The notes below the pieces were generated by a model. The model made no database searches, was not told where the DNA came from, and saw only the letters and a program-made list of their open reading frames with translations. From positions 1 through 52,067 of IMG/VR virus record IMGVR_UViG_3300030098_005673: a DNA stretch of 52,067 bases; one strand, written 5' to 3'. Position numbers and translations under genes: made by a program. The stretch is from a virus (lineage: Duplodnaviria; Caudoviricetes). This document shows, one piece after another, positions 51,474 to 52,067 of this stretch (positions are counted from its first letter, which is position 1; every line of letters begins with the position of its first letter).

Positions 51474-52067
51474 TTTTCAGAGAACGAACGAGTGGCACAA
51501 ACAAAGGGTTGGAAAAATCACTGCGAGTCGGGTTTCTGGAATATTAGGCCAGAACAGGTATGCCACAAGAGACGACGTGATGCGAGAGATGGTAAGGTCA
51601 CATTACGGAGCAGAGCAAGAGTTTACTGGAAACGTGGCGACGGAGTGGGGCAACAAGTGGGAACCTCGTTGCTTGGAGCAATTTGAGCTTGCTACCGGAT
51701 ATTTTGTCGTTCAAAGCGGCTTGGTTAATCACCCTGCTGTAGACTACTTTGCCTGTTCTCCTGATGGCTTGATAGACGAAGTTGCCGGAGTTGAGCTGAA
51801 ATGCCCGTTGCAGAGAGATCCAAGTGATGTTGTGAAAGACGAGCAATATCATTCTCAGGTTTACTTTTCGATGAATGTAACAGGCAGGAAAACGTGGTAT
51901 TTGTTTGCGTGGCATCCCGACAAGGGCCATGCTTGGGAGATTTTTGATGGCGACGATGCTTTGGCTTGGTGGGGAGAAAACGTCGGGGCGTTGCAAGTTT
52001 TTTACAATCAGTACCTTGATACGATTAGCGATCCCGATAAATTTAATGTCATGCTTGAGCCGCTGGT
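51466..52067 (+). CDS. YqaJ/lambda-exonuclease-family recombinase (continues across origin to 307; about 269 aa)
   Basis: Not in ORF track. AGGAG RBS, GTG 51466; QRTNEWHKQRVGKITASRV, WGNKWEP, CSPDGL, VELKCP. Confidence 0.9.
   Translation, partial: MNSFQRTNEWHKQRVGKITASRVSGILGQNRYATRDDVMREMVRSHYGAEQEFTGNVATEWGNKWEPRCLEQFELATGYFVVQSGLVNHPAVDYFACSPDGLIDEVAGVELKCPLQRDPSDVVKDEQYHSQVYFSMNVTGRKTWYLFAWHPDKGHAWEIFDGDDALAWWGENVGALQVFYNQYLDTISDPDKFNVMLEPL
51969..52067. repeat. Terminal direct repeat (assembly overlap), copy 2
   Basis: Identical to 1-99. Confidence 0.97.

Noticed and set aside
51492-51996. ORFs 51492-51686 (+) and 51598-51996 (-)
   Set aside because: Both overlap the YqaJ gene in another frame, which the ORF track missed because it runs off the contig end.
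51969-52067. Biological terminal repeat
   Set aside because: Exactly 99 nt and inside a gene, typical of assembler k-mer overlap on a circular contig.
1-52067. Integrase/repressor lysogeny module, tail sheath, DNA polymerase, alternative genetic code
   Set aside because: No supporting motifs seen, and genes read intact under the standard code. Divergent versions among hypothetical ORFs cannot be excluded.

Overview
The window appears to be a complete, circularly assembled tailed-phage genome. The first 99 nt recur exactly at 51969-52067, giving a unit length of about 51,968 bp. It has an HK97-type head, a likely non-contractile tail, and no recognisable integrase, DNA polymerase or primase. 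A Planctomycetota host is inferred from the SSB sequence style, GAAAGGA ribosome-binding sites and secreted protease/thioredoxin/CAP proteins. Modules in order: recombination/replication (ERF, a YqaJ exonuclease spanning the origin, SSB, SF2 helicase, resolvase); a candidate lysis block with a holin-like gene and two proteases but no recognisable muralytic enzyme; terS; a repeat-rich non-coding gap; terL on the opposite strand; a divergent early region with structured RNA leaders; head genes; tail genes. The standout feature is a 2,383-aa protein inside the neck gene cluster. It has about nine modules, about five of them ADP-ribosyltransferase-like. Seven modules start with a CGANAPGGGGFQPGNDCA tag, and modules are separated by [S/P]-[V/I]-x-K-[S/A] motifs that also occur in the portal, prohead protease and capsid. 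This suggests a capsid-packaged, protease-processed effector polyprotein. All family assignments come from motif recognition by eye, not from database searches.
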